A DNA stretch of 58,002 nucleotides, counting the filler, from Asterionella formosa (Eukaryota): the NCBI GenBank assembly GCA_002256025.1. It is 6 parts of 6 records of this genome, joined end to end, with 100 filler letters (N's around TTAATTAATTAA, not from the genome) between each part and the next. Parts side by side here need not be neighbours in the genome. Positions count along the whole stretch, not along the records: positions 29,072 to 38,652 come from NKIB01010453.1; positions 38,753 to 48,332 come from NKIB01010474.1; 4 more parts are not named here. The stretch is one strand, 5' to 3'. The translations under genes and the position numbers were made by a program. Positions 32,519 through 45,997 of the stretch are shown here, piece after piece (position 1 is the first letter of the stretch; the number at the start of each line of letters is the position of its first letter). The notes below the pieces were generated by a model. It saw only the letters and a program-made list of their open reading frames with translations, was not told the origin of the DNA and did not search any database.

Positions 32519-34240
32519 CTAAAACAAGTTCTGCACAGTGGACACCGATGGTGAAGCCCTGTTTAGGTCCAGCAGCAGGCCAGCTTCGTTTCGAAGGGAG
32601 GAAGAGTTGGTGCAGCGTGCATCAACCTTCTGCTGTCCTAGTGCTTGTAATGTTGGTTCCGTGACAATGCACTTTCTATCCTGTTGGTTTTTAGGTAGAG
32701 ATCGATAGGGCGAAGCCAAGCCGTTCAAAGCTTCAGCGGCGAGCGTAGAGGCCTTATCATCAAAGAGGTCCAATGTATTTGTTGTATCTGGCTCCTCCTT
32801 TGCTGTCTTTCCAATACCCTCTTTGTTGCAGTCTGAGCTCTTACGCTTTCGTTTGGGTTGCTGAGTTGATCCTTGAGCAACGATCCTTTTCAACGTAGAA
32901 TTCCATCGGTTTTTAATTGCATTATCTGTTCGACCTGGGAGAATCTTGGCAAGTTCTGCCCATTTATTACCAATTTTGTCATGAGCATCAATAATGGTAC
33001 GGTCCTCCTTTTCAGTCCACTCCCCTTTGTTGATATCCGGATTCAAATGATTATACCAACGTTCACGGCATTGCTTTCCTAGTCTACCCTTTAACTGACG
33101 AGCAATGTACGACCACTTCTTGTGACCATGGATTTTTACCAAACCTACTACTGTTTCATCCTCTTCAGGGGTCCATGGGCCTTTGATCAGGCCAGGTTTT
33201 AGCACTTTCTGCCAACGATGCAAGCATTGTACATCGGATCGACCTGGAAGCCGAGTGGATATCTTCTTCCAATTCTTACCCCCGTGTTCTTCAACTGCTT
33301 CTCGAAGGAGAGTATCTTCAACTTCTGTCCATTTTCCCATTGAAGCACGACGTTTGACTTCTCTCGCAAGCCGGTGAGAATCTCCTTTTGAGGTTTCGTC
33401 TCTCTTGGAGTGATTCTTGTTGACATCGTCAGCATCACTAGTATCAGTGGGCGACGGCATGAGCTTGGGTGTAGACGTGGACGCTATTCTTGGCTTTGTA
33501 GCCGGACTCGTAAGCGAGAACAAGGCAATCTGTGAAGTTTTAGGTGGTAAGATCGCGGTACGATCAGATGGGCGGTACGAGTGACGAAGGCAGTGACGTG
33601 ATGGGCGTCTGTATCCATAAGGGGATAATGGATTCTTAGTGGGCGGGGAGCCGTAAGTTACTGCCGCTATGTCGATTGGTCGCGGAGGCGTATGGCTTCC
33701 AGACTTCCAGTATACTGCATAGGGAAGCTCGCTGTGCTGAAAGGGAGATGGAGGAGGGCAATGAGAGCGCGCCCAGTATACAGGCCCCCCTGCATGGTGA
33801 GGTGGTTCATTGTATTGATGGTAGGAGCCATGATGATGGTACCCATAATAGCCAGTTCGTCCCAAGGCGATAGGAGAGTGACCGGATTGCTCCCCAGCAG
33901 GCTGATGATAAGATACAGTAGGAGATGATTGGTCTTCTTGTTCATTATTGGGCATTTCCTCTTTGTAATGATTTGTTGTTGACGTTCGTGAATGTTCGTT
34001 GTTTCCGCTGCTACGTTTGTCGTCTTCCTGATTGCCTGACAATACATGTCCTTCTGGATGTACACCTTCCCTATGAGTAGATGCAGTGTCGTTTAATCTA
34101 TGAGTAGATGCAGTGTCGTTTAATAGAGAGCAAGCAGAAGAAGCCAACGAAGCAAGCGCTCCAAGTGCATCGACAGCCATGCGAGTCTTCGACTGCTCCG
34201 TCTGCATCAACGAAAGGTTCTTGTTCACTAAAGAAGGCAT
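32519..34240 (-). CDS. Three-repeat (R1R2R3) MYB transcription factor
   Basis: [59 protein letters not shown]. Confidence 0.95.
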   Translation of the reverse strand: MPSLVNKNLSLMQTEQSKTRMAVDALGALASLASSACSLLNDTASTHRLNDTASTHREGVHPEGHVLSGNQEDDKRSSGNNEHSRTSTTNHYKEEMPNNEQEDQSSPTVSYHQPAGEQSGHSPIALGRTGYYGYHHHGSYHQYNEPPHHAGGPVYWARSHCPPPSPFQHSELPYAVYWKSGSHTPPRPIDIAAVTYGSPPTKNPLSPYGYRRPSRHCLRHSYRPSDRTAILPPKTSQIALFSLTSPATKPRIASTSTPKLMPSPTDTSDADDVNKNHSKRDETSKGDSHRLAREVKRRASMGKWTEVEDTLLREAVEEHGGKNWKKISTRLPGRSDVQCLHRWQKVLKPGLIKGPWTPEEDETVVGLVKIHGHKKWSYIARQLKGRLGKQCRERWYNHLNPDINKGEWTEKEDRTIIDAHDKIGNKWAELAKILPGRTDNAIKNRWNSTLKRIVAQGSTQQPKRKRKSSDCNKEGIGKTAKEEPDTTNTLDLFDDKASTLAAEALNGLASPYRSLPKNQQDRKCIVTEPTLQALGQQKVDARCTNSSSLRNEAGLLLDLNRASPSVSTVQNLF

Positions 34241-35689
34241 GATGGTGAAATAAGGAAGCTTGTTTCCCTGTCTATTTATTCGATTTTTTTAACGAAGTTT
34301 GACCTGTTGGTTAATGGCTTAGCGAAAATGTGAATACGTCAAAATCTGTCAACGAAACAATTTTCGTCAACAAAAACAGAGCAGTGCTCACCTCAAAATG
34401 TGAGTGAAAAAAAATTGATATAGATGTTCCGATATCTTGTATCCTAAGCATTGTATATGTTTTAAAGGCAAGGAAAGACTCACACTTAAGCGAGGCCGAC
34501 GAGCTCAACGGCTTAAATCGAGAAAATGTTATGGTATTCTTCTGTACAAGGAGGTATGCACTGTACAGTGCTGTTAGCTATTCACCAATAGTTAACAGAC
34601 CTGCAGGCTTGCTCTATGCTTTTAACTGACCATCGTGATCTCATTAGCTATCCATTGTGTTTGATGTCCTTATGTACCGGTACAAAGACTTCATACTTTA
34701 TACCGTAATCTGACCGTACCATGTGTATATAGAATTATTATTAGGAAATCAATATGTACACACATGCCAGCATAATATTAGATTTCATTATTTTGTCTGT
34801 TGCCCATCAGCCATGATTCCTCCCTGTTAGCTTCAAGAGTTTAAATCAAATACTGGCATGACATTGATCAGCCTTGGTGCATGATTTGAACCCATGGATG
34901 TACTACTGACAAACAATTCTGTAGCTCTCACACACCAAACAGCTGAGGTTATATCTAATGATTAGGTTAGCAATGAAATTTATTGCTTTAGTTGTTTACT
35001 ATACTATGCAACATTTATCCTATTTCTGTCAGTACATGTCATCGGTGCAACAGTTCCAGAGGAGTTCGCTAAAGTCCATTGTTGGTGGTCCTGACAACAA
35101 TTTGTGATGTACCCTGTACTACGTCCATTTTCCTGACAGTTGCTGAAAGGTAAGCCCACCCCAAGAGGAGCATTGGGCATTGCATCAACAAACTCCAAGT
35201 GAGTCAGAAAATCAAAACCATTAGGAAGTTCCATCTTTTTATCATCATCCATGAGTAGGCAAGAACTGTGTAAGCGGACAGGCACAAAAAATGTCAACAG
35301 AGTTCTTCAGGCTGAAGGAAAAGGATTTAGTCATAATCCTCATTTGTTGGTGAACAACCCAAATGTCATCTAATTCAAATACTTAGTAGTTGTGAAAGGA
35401 AATAGTTACATGCATCCTTTTTTTGGTGATTGTCTTTCACTTCCAATTAAGGGACAGAGTAATTGAATAGTCAATGTGTATGCAGGATCACTAAATATAT
35501 AAAATCTTTAATTGAATATTACAGTACATGAAAGCTTTCCAATAACCGCACTCATGCCCATGTGAATGGAAACAAATAGTACCGGTTTTATTCTTCCTTA
35601 TGGTACAACATGACCTGTCTCCTCATCAGACCCCCTCCCCCCGGAACTCCCCCAGGGACTCCATAAAAAGAAGGCAGGTGGAGAATACA

Positions 35690-35738
35690 TGAATCGAACC
35701 CGCCACCTCATTCTGTGTAACTACTAAGCCATTCCCCC
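35690..35738 (-). repeat. Second tRNA-derived SINE-like head
   Basis: GGGAATGGCTTAGT..GGTTCGATTC shared with 2111-2176. Confidence 0.45.
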
Positions 35739-35819
35739 AGCATCACCTACTATGTATTGTCCTGGAAAAAAGGTTGGAAATAATCAGAAAACGATGTGTT
35801 CTTTCAAATACATTCTGAT

Positions 35820-36620
35820 CTAGACAGTTTCCTGGTGCCACGACACCAAAGTATAGGAAACAACAATTAATTTCACAACAGCTTGAACATTTAATGCATA
35901 TGAAATATAATGCACAGACCAATATGCTTGAGAGAAGCCATCACAATCCCTTTGTTTGGTTGGGTGATAGGTTGTAAATACCCACATATAGCACTCACGC
36001 ATCCCCAAACTAGTTGCTGCTCGATTTTTTCAAGAAAATCATTCATCACTGCCTGTAGTTCTTCGTTTGTTGCAAGGAATCTATTGATAACTCTATTCAG
36101 GATTTAACAGCATCAACATCACAATCCCTTTGTTTGGTTGGGTGATAGGTTGTAAATACCCACATATAGCACCCACGCATCCCCAAACTAGTTGCTGCTC
36201 GATTTTTTCAAGAAATCATTCATCACTGCCTGTAGTTCTTCGTTTGTTGCAAGGAATCTATTGATAACTCTATTCAGGAGTTAACAGCATCAAAGAACAT
36301 TCGAGAGATAGCATAACCTGATGGATAAGAAACTTCATAGATAGACAAGGCGAATATCATTGAGGTTTCTTCCAGCAAACCAGCAAATCCCGATGGCTAG
36401 CTAGGATTAAGTATTGAGAAATATTCTGATTTGTGTTGTTTATACAGGAACTTGCATTTGATTTGACAGCATCAACTTTGATGATGGAAGGTCGAAGTAC
36501 TTCCAGTAAGTGATTAAACGCTTGAAAGGACATGTGATATCCCCAATGAAATTCTTGTGCAGAAGCTTCTTGACATGGTCATTCCAGTTAAGTTGTTAAT
36601 GCTAAAATTTTTGTGACTTT
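35820..36620 (-). mobile_element. Degenerate PIF/Harbinger (DDE_Tnp_4-like) transposase
   Basis: YHMSFQAFNHLLEVLRP..VSYPSGYAI..DAVN..GCVSAICG..AYWSVHYISYALNVQAV; multiple frameshifts. Confidence 0.65.
35939..36293. repeat. Near-perfect 178-bp tandem duplication
   Basis: 35939-36116 versus 36117-36293 differ at only a few positions. Confidence 0.9.
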
Positions 36621-37727
36621 GAGTTTCCATAGGATTGCAAAATGATAATGCAACTGCTGCAAGGAACAGAAAGCTCTGTTGGTTTTGCATTTCATGTTCT
36701 GAATCAAGAGTGTCAATGACAGTTCAACTGTCAACTTCTTTTGGTCAGTTTTTCATAGCCATTGGAGTAATGATGATCATCAGATAGCTTGTACAATTAA
36801 TGCATAAATCGATTTGTTGATTCAGATGAAAATGTTTGAGGAAACATGAAAAACAGCTAACTGTTTTGAAATAGCTAAATCAGCAGTATTTACTAATCAA
36901 ATCTGCTGAATCGACTCTTTTTCTTTAGTATAAACCGATAAATCGCAGTTTCTAAATATGAGCTCTTGTTTTGTGAATAGGCTCTTTAGTCATGGTGATT
37001 TTTTCTTGTCATGGATAAGACGTTCAAGGCAATTTGGAGGCAATTGAAATTTAATTCAATGTTTTCTGGGCTAATAAATTCACCCTTCTGACCTCTGATA
37101 TAGGGGTGATTCCAATACGCCTACGTATGTCGGTAGTACCAGGGTAGTAGTTATCTTTGTTTTACATCACCGTGTCCATCATTTTATCCTCATCTTTTTC
37201 AAAAGAATCTGTTTCCATTATGTCGACATCATCATTTTCATTTACACATCATGTCATCACCATCATTGTTGTTGTTTCTTTCTCCTGCTGCCTGATTTTG
37301 ATGCTCAACCCCTTTTGTGCTTTTTTCCTAAGGGAGGACTTCTGTCATATTTTTTGAAAGGAACACAGCTATATCATCATTGTCCTTCAGGGCTCTTCCG
37401 AATTTTTCGAAGCAAATGAAGCATGTTGTCTTGAATTGTATTGATGTATTTTCATTAAGGTGGCCACAAATAGCATGGATGCTGCATCTACAGCCAGGAC
37501 AATTGTGTGCAGTTGCCCTGGGGCATTCAGGAACAATGTACCTGTCCTTTGAAGCACAGATGATCGCATTATAGTCAATTGGTTGTACCATGGTGGGAGA
37601 ACAGTCATGTTTTTAGTGATGTTGATTAGATGAGAAGCATCAAATACTACTTGTCTATGTAATAAAGTCCTCCATGATTGTTTTGTGTTGTTTCCTCTAG
37701 CTCCTGCTGGTATACTATATTGGGAGC

Positions 37728-38652
37728 TATTGTCAAGGCGTTGAAGTTTGGGACGTAGGCCAGCTTTGCACAAACGTTGATGTAATGCTTTATATGCTGC
37801 AAGGAGGCAGGAAGCGGTTCGGTTATGAAAGGGCTGAACGAAAATGTAGTTGCTGTCATAATCATATAAAATCATAATGTAGTTGTTTCCAGTGCTGGAG
37901 GGGAGTATGAATTTTCCGGTTTGATCAGTGTAAATTTGGCCTGTGGGTGCAATAATGGACGCAAAACACATATGGGTAGGGGTTGCAAGACACTCAGGGT
38001 GGAAATCAGTATCACCCAGCACATTGGTAGTAGGAATGGATGCGAGTGCAGGCTCAATGATAGTTGGGGGCACACGTGTGGATCGTACGTTTTGACGTGT
38101 TTGATCGAGGTGGCCTTTGATGGTTGCGATGGAATGAGGGGGATGTTTGCGTAGTGTAGCTAAGGTCAGACCTGGAAAATTGACAAGATACCCATGGAGT
38201 AATGCGCTTTCCAAAGTGGAGAGAACAGGAGAAAAGAGGGCCGCATGGGCAAAAGCAACAAGTGCTGGTGCATTGGGACTGCCAATGGCGGCAGCAGCGT
38301 AGTGGATAGGGGTAGGCAATGGTGGATCAATTGTGGTGGTGGTGACATGCCATAATCGAGTGGTGGTGGAGCGATGGCCCTGAAGGATGCAATGACCATC
38401 GGATAAGACAGACATGTGTAGTTTGGTGAAGAGTACCTCGTAGCCAGAATCACATAGTTGTCCAATGCTCAATAAAGAGCAATTGTGTAGACCAGGGACA
38501 ATGTGTACATGACGAGCAGCAGGTAAGAGCATAGGTAAAGATAATTCGGCCTCATGTGTAGATTTAACATGGTTGCCGTTAGGAAGTTGAATGGTGATAG
38601 GGTTGGTGGTAGGTCGTTTGTTGATGACAGGTAAATCAACAGTGGCGTAATT
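37728..38652 (-). mobile_element. Copia retrotransposon pol fragment (protease end, pre-integrase, integrase N-half)
   Basis: LPNG..STHEAEL..HIVPGL..SLLSIGQLCDSG..GQIYTDQTGKF..YDYDSNYI..LRPKLQRLDN, then abrupt truncation. Confidence 0.9.
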
Positions 38653-41600
38653 NNNNNNNNNNNNNNNNNNNNNNNNNNNNNNNNNNNNNNNNNNNNTTAA
38701 TTAATTAANNNNNNNNNNNNNNNNNNNNNNNNNNNNNNNNNNNNNNNNNNNNGTCACTGTGAACATTGTTATCCTCGTACCTGGTATCATGTACACGGTA
38801 CCTGGTACCCGGTACCGGTAGTTTGGTTCACGAACTCACGAACACTATGTAGCACCACACCGTCAATTGCTTCCTTTTTAAAAAACGGTACACTGTTACC
38901 TCTGCTGACCTGAACGCATGTACCGGTAGGTCTACCTCAGAATTATATATGGCAAATTCCCATCAGTATTTCATGTCATTAGATCAAGCGCAAGCGAAAA
39001 AAATGGAAATAAGCCAGGTTGATAGCAAATCTAGATTCCACATCATGAGGCCACAGCACAATAGAATAATCTTGCGTTGAAAGTAAACATGTCATCAAGG
39101 AGGAGAATAGTAAATACTACAAACCTCACACTCTCAAAATAGAATGTCCCGCTATTGAATGTAATCATGGCATCAAGGAGGAGTAATGAATAGACTAGCT
39201 TGTTTCATTGTTCACCTTCCATTGCTATGTATGTATATAAATGCAATGTGATCATAATATATGCATTCAACATGTGTGTGACTTGTCACTCATTGGGATT
39301 TTTTCTTTCACAACATCACTGCAAAGGTATCACTGAAACAATTTGATTTGTTTCTTACGACTTTTCTCTTCATTGATTCACAGTCATTGATTCACAGTAT
39401 AGTTAAAACATTAAGATTAAGTATGAAGCAAGCTCCCTTGACCTTCTGCTGCTTCCTAGGACTACTATACTAGTACTTGGAGTATTACATATTTTCCATC
39501 ACTCAAAAATACCAATTAGCTAGTAGCTAGTATTAGCTATCTATTCTACTTGCAGTATTTACCTGCTCGTACAGTTGCTAATTGACTTCTTCGTCCGGGA
39601 AGAAAAGTAGGAGTACCAGTAGTTTGTAACAAGGCAAGCTATCCTCCCTACAATACCTAAAGGCAAGAAGCGTACAGGGAAGCTTCCATAGAAATACTAC
39701 TATTGTTACAGAGCCTATCGCTGCAGGCTATGGCTGAACTTAAGAAACTTGCTTGTCTTTTCGAATCGATCGTCGTTGAATGCTCATTCCCGAGTTGAAA
39801 GATTTGTGTCAACATTTAGGTAGAATCGAAACGAATTCTGTCTCCATCGGTGCAGACTGGATTTGAGATGACACGTAGTATTCGTTTTAACGAAAGAGCG
39901 ATCTTTGTTTGCATAGAATGGATCATGGCTTACCTGATCGCTTACTGGTGGATCACAGTGACGGTCATACACCGAGAATTGTCACATTTGAACATTCTTG
40001 ATTTCTCCCTTTCACTCCAATCAACAACTTATATGAGTCGACAGAGAATCGTATAAATCGTACAATTGTGTGACGGCACAGATTCGTTCCCATGAACCAA
40101 CAGGAGAGAAATCGTTCATTGGTGACGTGAGGAAAAGTTTAGTTTCGGAAACAACGCTGTGGCCTTGTGAGAGTGCCGAATTTCTAAAGGCGGTCGTGAC
40201 AAGTGAGGGATACACATTGGCAGCGTACACCATCAGCTCAAAGTCAGTAAGTATGAGCCTATCAGTTCCAGTATCATAACAGGACCAGCTCACGGCGTGC
40301 ACGCCCCTTTCATTCGGGCAAGCAAGAACGACATTAATGATGCGTTGCCCTCAAACGCATATCATTTTAGAGCGCTCGTATTCCACTCCTTGGAAACTAT
40401 CCTTTGTAAGAATCAGTTCGACCGACAAAACGAGTGTTGTGAACACTCATATTCATCGCAATAACTGTATGGTATTGATATCTTCTTGGGTATGTCCATG
40501 AGCATCGATTGGGAGTTCTTTGAGAGAGGAAATGGCGATCGGAAAGCCAACTCGAGAAAAATCGTACCGGTGGTGTGTTGGTGCACCGATCACACATCAT
40601 GTATGCACTGATCGCTAAAAATTCAATTTACGCCTCATTCTGTACTATCAGCGAAGTATAACTCATGACCTATTAACAGGATTTCGGCACTCGCCATAAC
40701 ACGTCATCGCCTGTCCTTAGCCGTTTCTACGAGTACCGGTAGAGTACACATTACATATCATGTCATTACCGGTACATTATGACAGACCAGTAGGTCATTA
40801 CCATAATGTATACCTGTAAACATGGAGGCATGGCCACAACAGACCACGATGACATTTTGAATGCATCAACACCCGCTCGCTCCTGACAAAGGTTTCCCAG
40901 CCATTGCTAGATTAGTCGCCCATTAATAGGAGTGCCATCTAGTCTAGTAATAAGCTCCTATATGCTGCTGGTCATGCATGTTATCTTCATGACTACATTT
41001 AGTATGGTACCAGGTAGTAGTCTGGCATAATGATGCACCTATGCAATCATAGTGGCTGGCTAGATATAGACTTATTGTTATTGTCATACATGGAGTCTAC
41101 CTGGTAGTCAATTATTGTAGGAATGACCTCAGTTCTTTGATACTAAAATAGTGTGATTCTAGGATCTACATACAATACTGGTACCAGGTAGACCCCTATG
41201 TATGTACGCATGTTCTGAGGAGTATTATGAATGGTTCAATCCTCACAAGTTGCATCGACAACAATGATATTTATTCTTAGCATAGCATGGAACTACCTGG
41301 ACCAGGTACCACCAGGTTACAATGGTAGAGTACCTGGTGAAGTATCTAAGTAGAAGTAGTAGTATTTTTGAATATATGAGTTATTAATTAATCCTTGTGT
41401 ACAACTTGTTTCCTTAGTTGACACCAAAATATACAAAAGGTGTTAGTCAAGTAGTTCTCTCATCATTGAGTTCTGATATATTTGATAGAACCCTCACCCT
41501 ATATACATCTGTATCAATGTGCAGGATCGCTCACCTGCCTGGTACCAAGGTATAGCAGGACTTGAAAGTGTTATGGAAACTGTAGATAATTGAAGAATAG

Positions 41601-42132
41601 TAACTTTAATGAAGACTTGTAGACTCTATTTTTCACCAGAATAAAGTGAACGCAATGTTAAAGGATAAACGTAGGTTATTAATAGGGGAGTAACCATGAT
41701 GGACAGGACTGCTGTGGGACAGGAAACTAGTAATAGAGGAGAAACAACAGTCCTGGCAGGACTGTCAAGAGATAGGAAGTTAGTAGTAGTGGAGTATCCA
41801 CAATGGGCAGGTTGGCCAGTAACTAGAAAAGTCATGTGGGAACCAAAATTCTGGAGAGGTATACCGGTAAGTTGGTATTAACTGAAGGTACGGAGTACCA
41901 GTACCAGTCTACCAGGTACAGGTAAGTCAAAGCTTCGTTTTCCCCCATACCAGTCTAATACAAATTACCGTCACTACCGGTATATTGCTCTACTCTATAT
42001 ACTTTTGCATGTAAATTCTCATAAATTCGTTGCACAAAGCAACTGCGAAAGCCCAAAGGAAGTCAGTTTAATTTCAAGAACATTCCAAAGGGAAGTTTCA
42101 AGTTTGCAACGCAACACGTTTAAATATTTGCA

Positions 42133-43926
42133 ATGGCGAGAGAGGGCGAGGGCAAGATGACAGATCTCGCAGCGTCAACCGCGATGAGTCAGCTAGAGGC
42201 TGCATTGAGCGCTAACGCCATCCAAGTGCCCGACGGAGCACTGCAACTACTCCTTGATCAAAAGGAATGGATCTATCGTTCACAACGTGTGGAGAACTTG
42301 CTGAAGATCCTCAACCAAGAACAGCTCTACTCTGTCTTCAACTCTCAGCATCATATACAGTCAGCTTCTCACCTTTTCGAGTTCCTCAAGAATGAGGGTT
42401 CGTGTGTAGTTTATGGTCACAAAGTACAAGGAAAAACCCAGTTCCTTTTCTTCGTCTTCAAGCTACTTAAAGCCATGGGAGAGAAGGTTCTGTTTCTGGA
42501 TAACACCGTTTTTCCTTTGAAATGCGATGGAAAGGTTGATCTTGATGGTTCCACGTTTTGTGGGAACTTATGGAAAGACTCATTTCAAATTGAAGGCACT
42601 CTGAAGACTTCTTTGGATAAGTTCTATGAAGATGCACTTCCTAAATCTTTTGGAAAATTCATCAGAGCTCTTCGTCAATATGCTCGAAAATCTGGAACTC
42701 GAGTCTGGATTATTGTTGATGACGTTGTTTTGTTCGAGAACTTTCCCATTGATTTACCAGAGGAGCAAGGTCGAGGACCTTTCAATTGGATTGTTACTGG
42801 GAGTGCTGGCATTTATTCGTGGGTTTCCAAGAAGCACCTTGAGAAGCTTGTTTTTCACTTGCCTCTTTTCACCAAGGAAGAGTGTTTTGACTTTGCAAAT
42901 AGTCTCGGCAACTCGCTAGGTATCAATCTTGAAAAGGGAATTGATGGAGTTCCTCTAGCTGGACTAGATGATTGGCTTGAAGAGCAATTTGGAGGAAATG
43001 TTGGATACATTGCCGAGTTGTTTCTCGAGATTTCTGAGGGGAACTTAGTTTCGAAGTATATGTGTGACTTGAGTGGGAGAATTTTATACGTAATCAGCAA
43101 TTCAGCAAGAGAAAGACACATATCCAATGGGCAACTTGCCGAGGACTGGCTAAATGAAATCAAGTCTGATTATAACAATTGGTATTGCCTTCGTGATACA
43201 GGGTTATGTGGAAGTTCTGCCCCTCGTGGGATCATCTTTTCATTGATTCTGAAATGGCTGTGTACTTTTTCCCCCAAAGAAGATGAGTTGTCATTGATTT
43301 CTCTTTTGCGTTCAAAGTTCTCAGGAGATCCAGGTGTAGATGGTTGTTTGTTGGAGTTAGAAGAAATATTGAAACTCAGATCCGGCAATTCAATCGGAGC
43401 TTCATTGCTCACTTGTGTTGATCAAGGTTGGATTGTCAAAGAATCAATTGATTTGCCTCCAAGAGGAATCCCTTTGAATTGTTTGGTGTATCAAGAAAGG
43501 CACTCTAGGCTTGTAAAGACCCTGAACTCAACAAGTTCATTGTGGTGTTTGATTCAAGTTCCCAGTGGCTTCGATGTGATTGACGTTGTTCTTGTCGACA
43601 CTGATTCTCCAACAATCTATGGTCTTCAGATCACACACTCAGGGAAACCTTTTGCAAAGCATCACACTTTTAGTACTTGTCTCCCAAGAAGCAAAGAAAG
43701 ACTGGCAAAGCTTCGGAGTGTTATTTGCAATTATTTCGAACTGGATGATCCTGCTGAGATGTTTTATGTGATGCTGGCTCCAAACTGTGAAAGAGACGAG
43801 TTCAAGCCTCCAGGGTCTCCAGGAGGACATGAGAATGACTACTATTTCGCTTCTAGAAGGATTATTACAGAGTATGACCCTTCCAACTCAAGAAAGCGAA
43901 CGTTAAGGTCATCAAACAGTAATTGA
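42133..43926 (+). CDS. Crinkler/RHS-like P-loop NTPase plus putative PD-(D/E)xK (REase-fold) nuclease
   Basis: 597-aa intronless ORF; VVYGHKVQGKT (Walker A), WIIVDD (Walker B), IVTGS; C-terminal FDVIDVVLV..YGLQIT. Confidence 0.7.
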   Translation: MAREGEGKMTDLAASTAMSQLEAALSANAIQVPDGALQLLLDQKEWIYRSQRVENLLKILNQEQLYSVFNSQHHIQSASHLFEFLKNEGSCVVYGHKVQGKTQFLFFVFKLLKAMGEKVLFLDNTVFPLKCDGKVDLDGSTFCGNLWKDSFQIEGTLKTSLDKFYEDALPKSFGKFIRALRQYARKSGTRVWIIVDDVVLFENFPIDLPEEQGRGPFNWIVTGSAGIYSWVSKKHLEKLVFHLPLFTKEECFDFANSLGNSLGINLEKGIDGVPLAGLDDWLEEQFGGNVGYIAELFLEISEGNLVSKYMCDLSGRILYVISNSARERHISNGQLAEDWLNEIKSDYNNWYCLRDTGLCGSSAPRGIIFSLILKWLCTFSPKEDELSLISLLRSKFSGDPGVDGCLLELEEILKLRSGNSIGASLLTCVDQGWIVKESIDLPPRGIPLNCLVYQERHSRLVKTLNSTSSLWCLIQVPSGFDVIDVVLVDTDSPTIYGLQITHSGKPFAKHHTFSTCLPRSKERLAKLRSVICNYFELDDPAEMFYVMLAPNCERDEFKPPGSPGGHENDYYFASRRIITEYDPSNSRKRTLRSSNSN

Positions 43927-44405
43927 GGCAGAAACTAAAGTAGGTCAAACAGGAATTGTGCCATTTTTTCTCAATAGTGTATCTTCTCTCAAGTATAGAA
44001 ACCATGAGCCACTACTTCCAATCTCTCACCTCTCATCTCCATGACAAAAAACTCCTATCAGATGCTCTTCACGCTGCTTTACTCGAACACAATAATGATT
44101 TCAAATAGCAAACCATCAATTAAGCTAAATTTTGGTAAATACCATTGGAAAACAGTTTCTGAAGTTGCTCAGTTTGATGAAAAAAATTATGAATTGGTAA
44201 GTAAGGCAAACCTTGTCACGGCTAATGATCCATGTTACCATGATACACTCTAATACAAATTAGTGATACAGTGTCAAGTTTGGAATGAATGAAACTCAGT
44301 TCAAATCAAGTTACTGTTGCTGATACATTTTCAAAATGCACGAAAAGAAATGATAAGAATGGCCCTTAGCTTACATAGTACCAAAAATAGTCAGTTTAAT
44401 ACCGT

Positions 44406-44663
44406 TCATATTGGTAGTATCGGTATATCAAAGAATTCAAAAATGGATTCTTTAATGCAATCAAATACATTACTATTGGCATCTACATTGATCTTGCTGT
44501 CAGCGCTTCGCTGCATCATTTCATTTAGCAATTCTTCCGCTTGTGCTGCGCATTTGACCTTGTTTACTTTCATGTTTTTCACAAAAGCATTAATAACGGC
44601 ATTGAACATTGCTGTTGTAGGCTTGATCCCTGTGATTTGGTTTGAGTTATGGATGACGTACAT
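44406..44663 (-). pseudogene. PPR-repeat fragment
   Basis: GIKPTTAMFNAVINAF..AQAEELLNEM; no larger ORF around it. Confidence 0.55.
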
Positions 44664-45508
44664 GTGTCATAGCGCATTATTACTACTGTAGTCTATCTCT
44701 GGAGTCATCTTCATTGCACTCCATGGCCCATAGAAGGTGGGGTTGTGGAATTCTACTGCATTGGTAATCTCAACTCCTAATATACTATCAGATCTATCAT
44801 TCCATCAAGTACTTCAATTTTACTTATTGTCTAAGTCTGTCCCCACTCCAATTTCAGTTGATTATACCTCAGAACAAGTCAACAATACCAGCACTATCAA
44901 GACTTCTTGCTCTTCAAGCAATAATATACGTCAATCCCTGCATTTATTCTATCCTTTTTATTACCAAAAATAACATCCTTTTCTCGCTTTCAATCCATTT
45001 TGACTGCAGCATTGTATTTATCTGAATTTTGATACCTCCTTATCAATTTACCATCCACAGCTTCCATGCTATTCTTCCATCTCTCTCTCTCTTCCTTCTG
45101 ACACCACGCATCAAATATCTATTCAAGTTTTCTCAAACCCTGCTTCAAAGCTGCTTTTCCGCTTCTGTTGTCCATTCTATCACGACCTACTTGCTATACT
45201 TGTTTTCTTCCTCACTCATTGCCAGATACTATCTCAGTTATATCCACCATACTCTGAGAGACACTTGGGCTCCTTGCCTCCATCCTCTAAGGCTGGTTGC
45301 ATTAAAAAAATATTATAGTAGCCCACGCAGATCTGGTACAAAATATTATCTTTATCCCTATAGGTGTACTAAACATCACGCCATTTTGTTTACTTCGATC
45401 GGCTCACCATGTTACTCAAGATCTCCGTCGTCTCTTGCGCAAAAGTGATTACCCAAAGCTTTTAGAACTGTTCGTTATGTCATGAGTGAAATGCTTTTGG
45501 GGAATCAC

Positions 45509-45582
45509 TTTTCACCATATGCTTAAAAAATTATAGCAATATCAGTTTTCACCATATGCTTAAAAAATTATAGCAATATCAG
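45509..45582. repeat. Perfect 37-bp tandem duplication
   Basis: TTTTCACCATATGCTTAAAAAATTATAGCAATATCAG x2. Confidence 0.9.
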
Positions 45583-45997
45583 TTATGGCCGCCATCTGTG
45601 ACCTTGCCATACATGATGCTTGGTTGCCGGTTGGTCGATTCAGGGAATATCTTCATGAAAAGTACTTTTATGACAATGATATGCAATTCAATAATAATAA
45701 ATTAATAAGTTAGTTAAAGAAGTTGTTTCCAAATCAATTTTTCGGAACTCAACGAGTTCAATTTTTTTAGAGGCAAGAAGGTGATCATGCTATTTCAACA
45801 TAAGTATCAAACAAAGAGCAAAAGTAGACAGAGATTACATCTATGTTACAGAAGATTCAGTAATAGCGATTACTACGCTCCTTACTTATATGAATTCATC
45901 TGCATGGGAAGAGAAATGTATCACATTGAAGAAGCAGCTAAAAAGGAGTGGAAGTTGGGTTTGTGATGATCAAAATTTTCGTGATGGTCATAGGGCT

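Noticed and set aside
37387..38532. 381-aa ORF as a real gene
   Set aside because: Read-through from a truncated Copia pol into unrelated sequence.
39780..40600. Moderately GC-rich stretch with short ORFs
   Set aside because: No recognisable domain or consistent exon chain.
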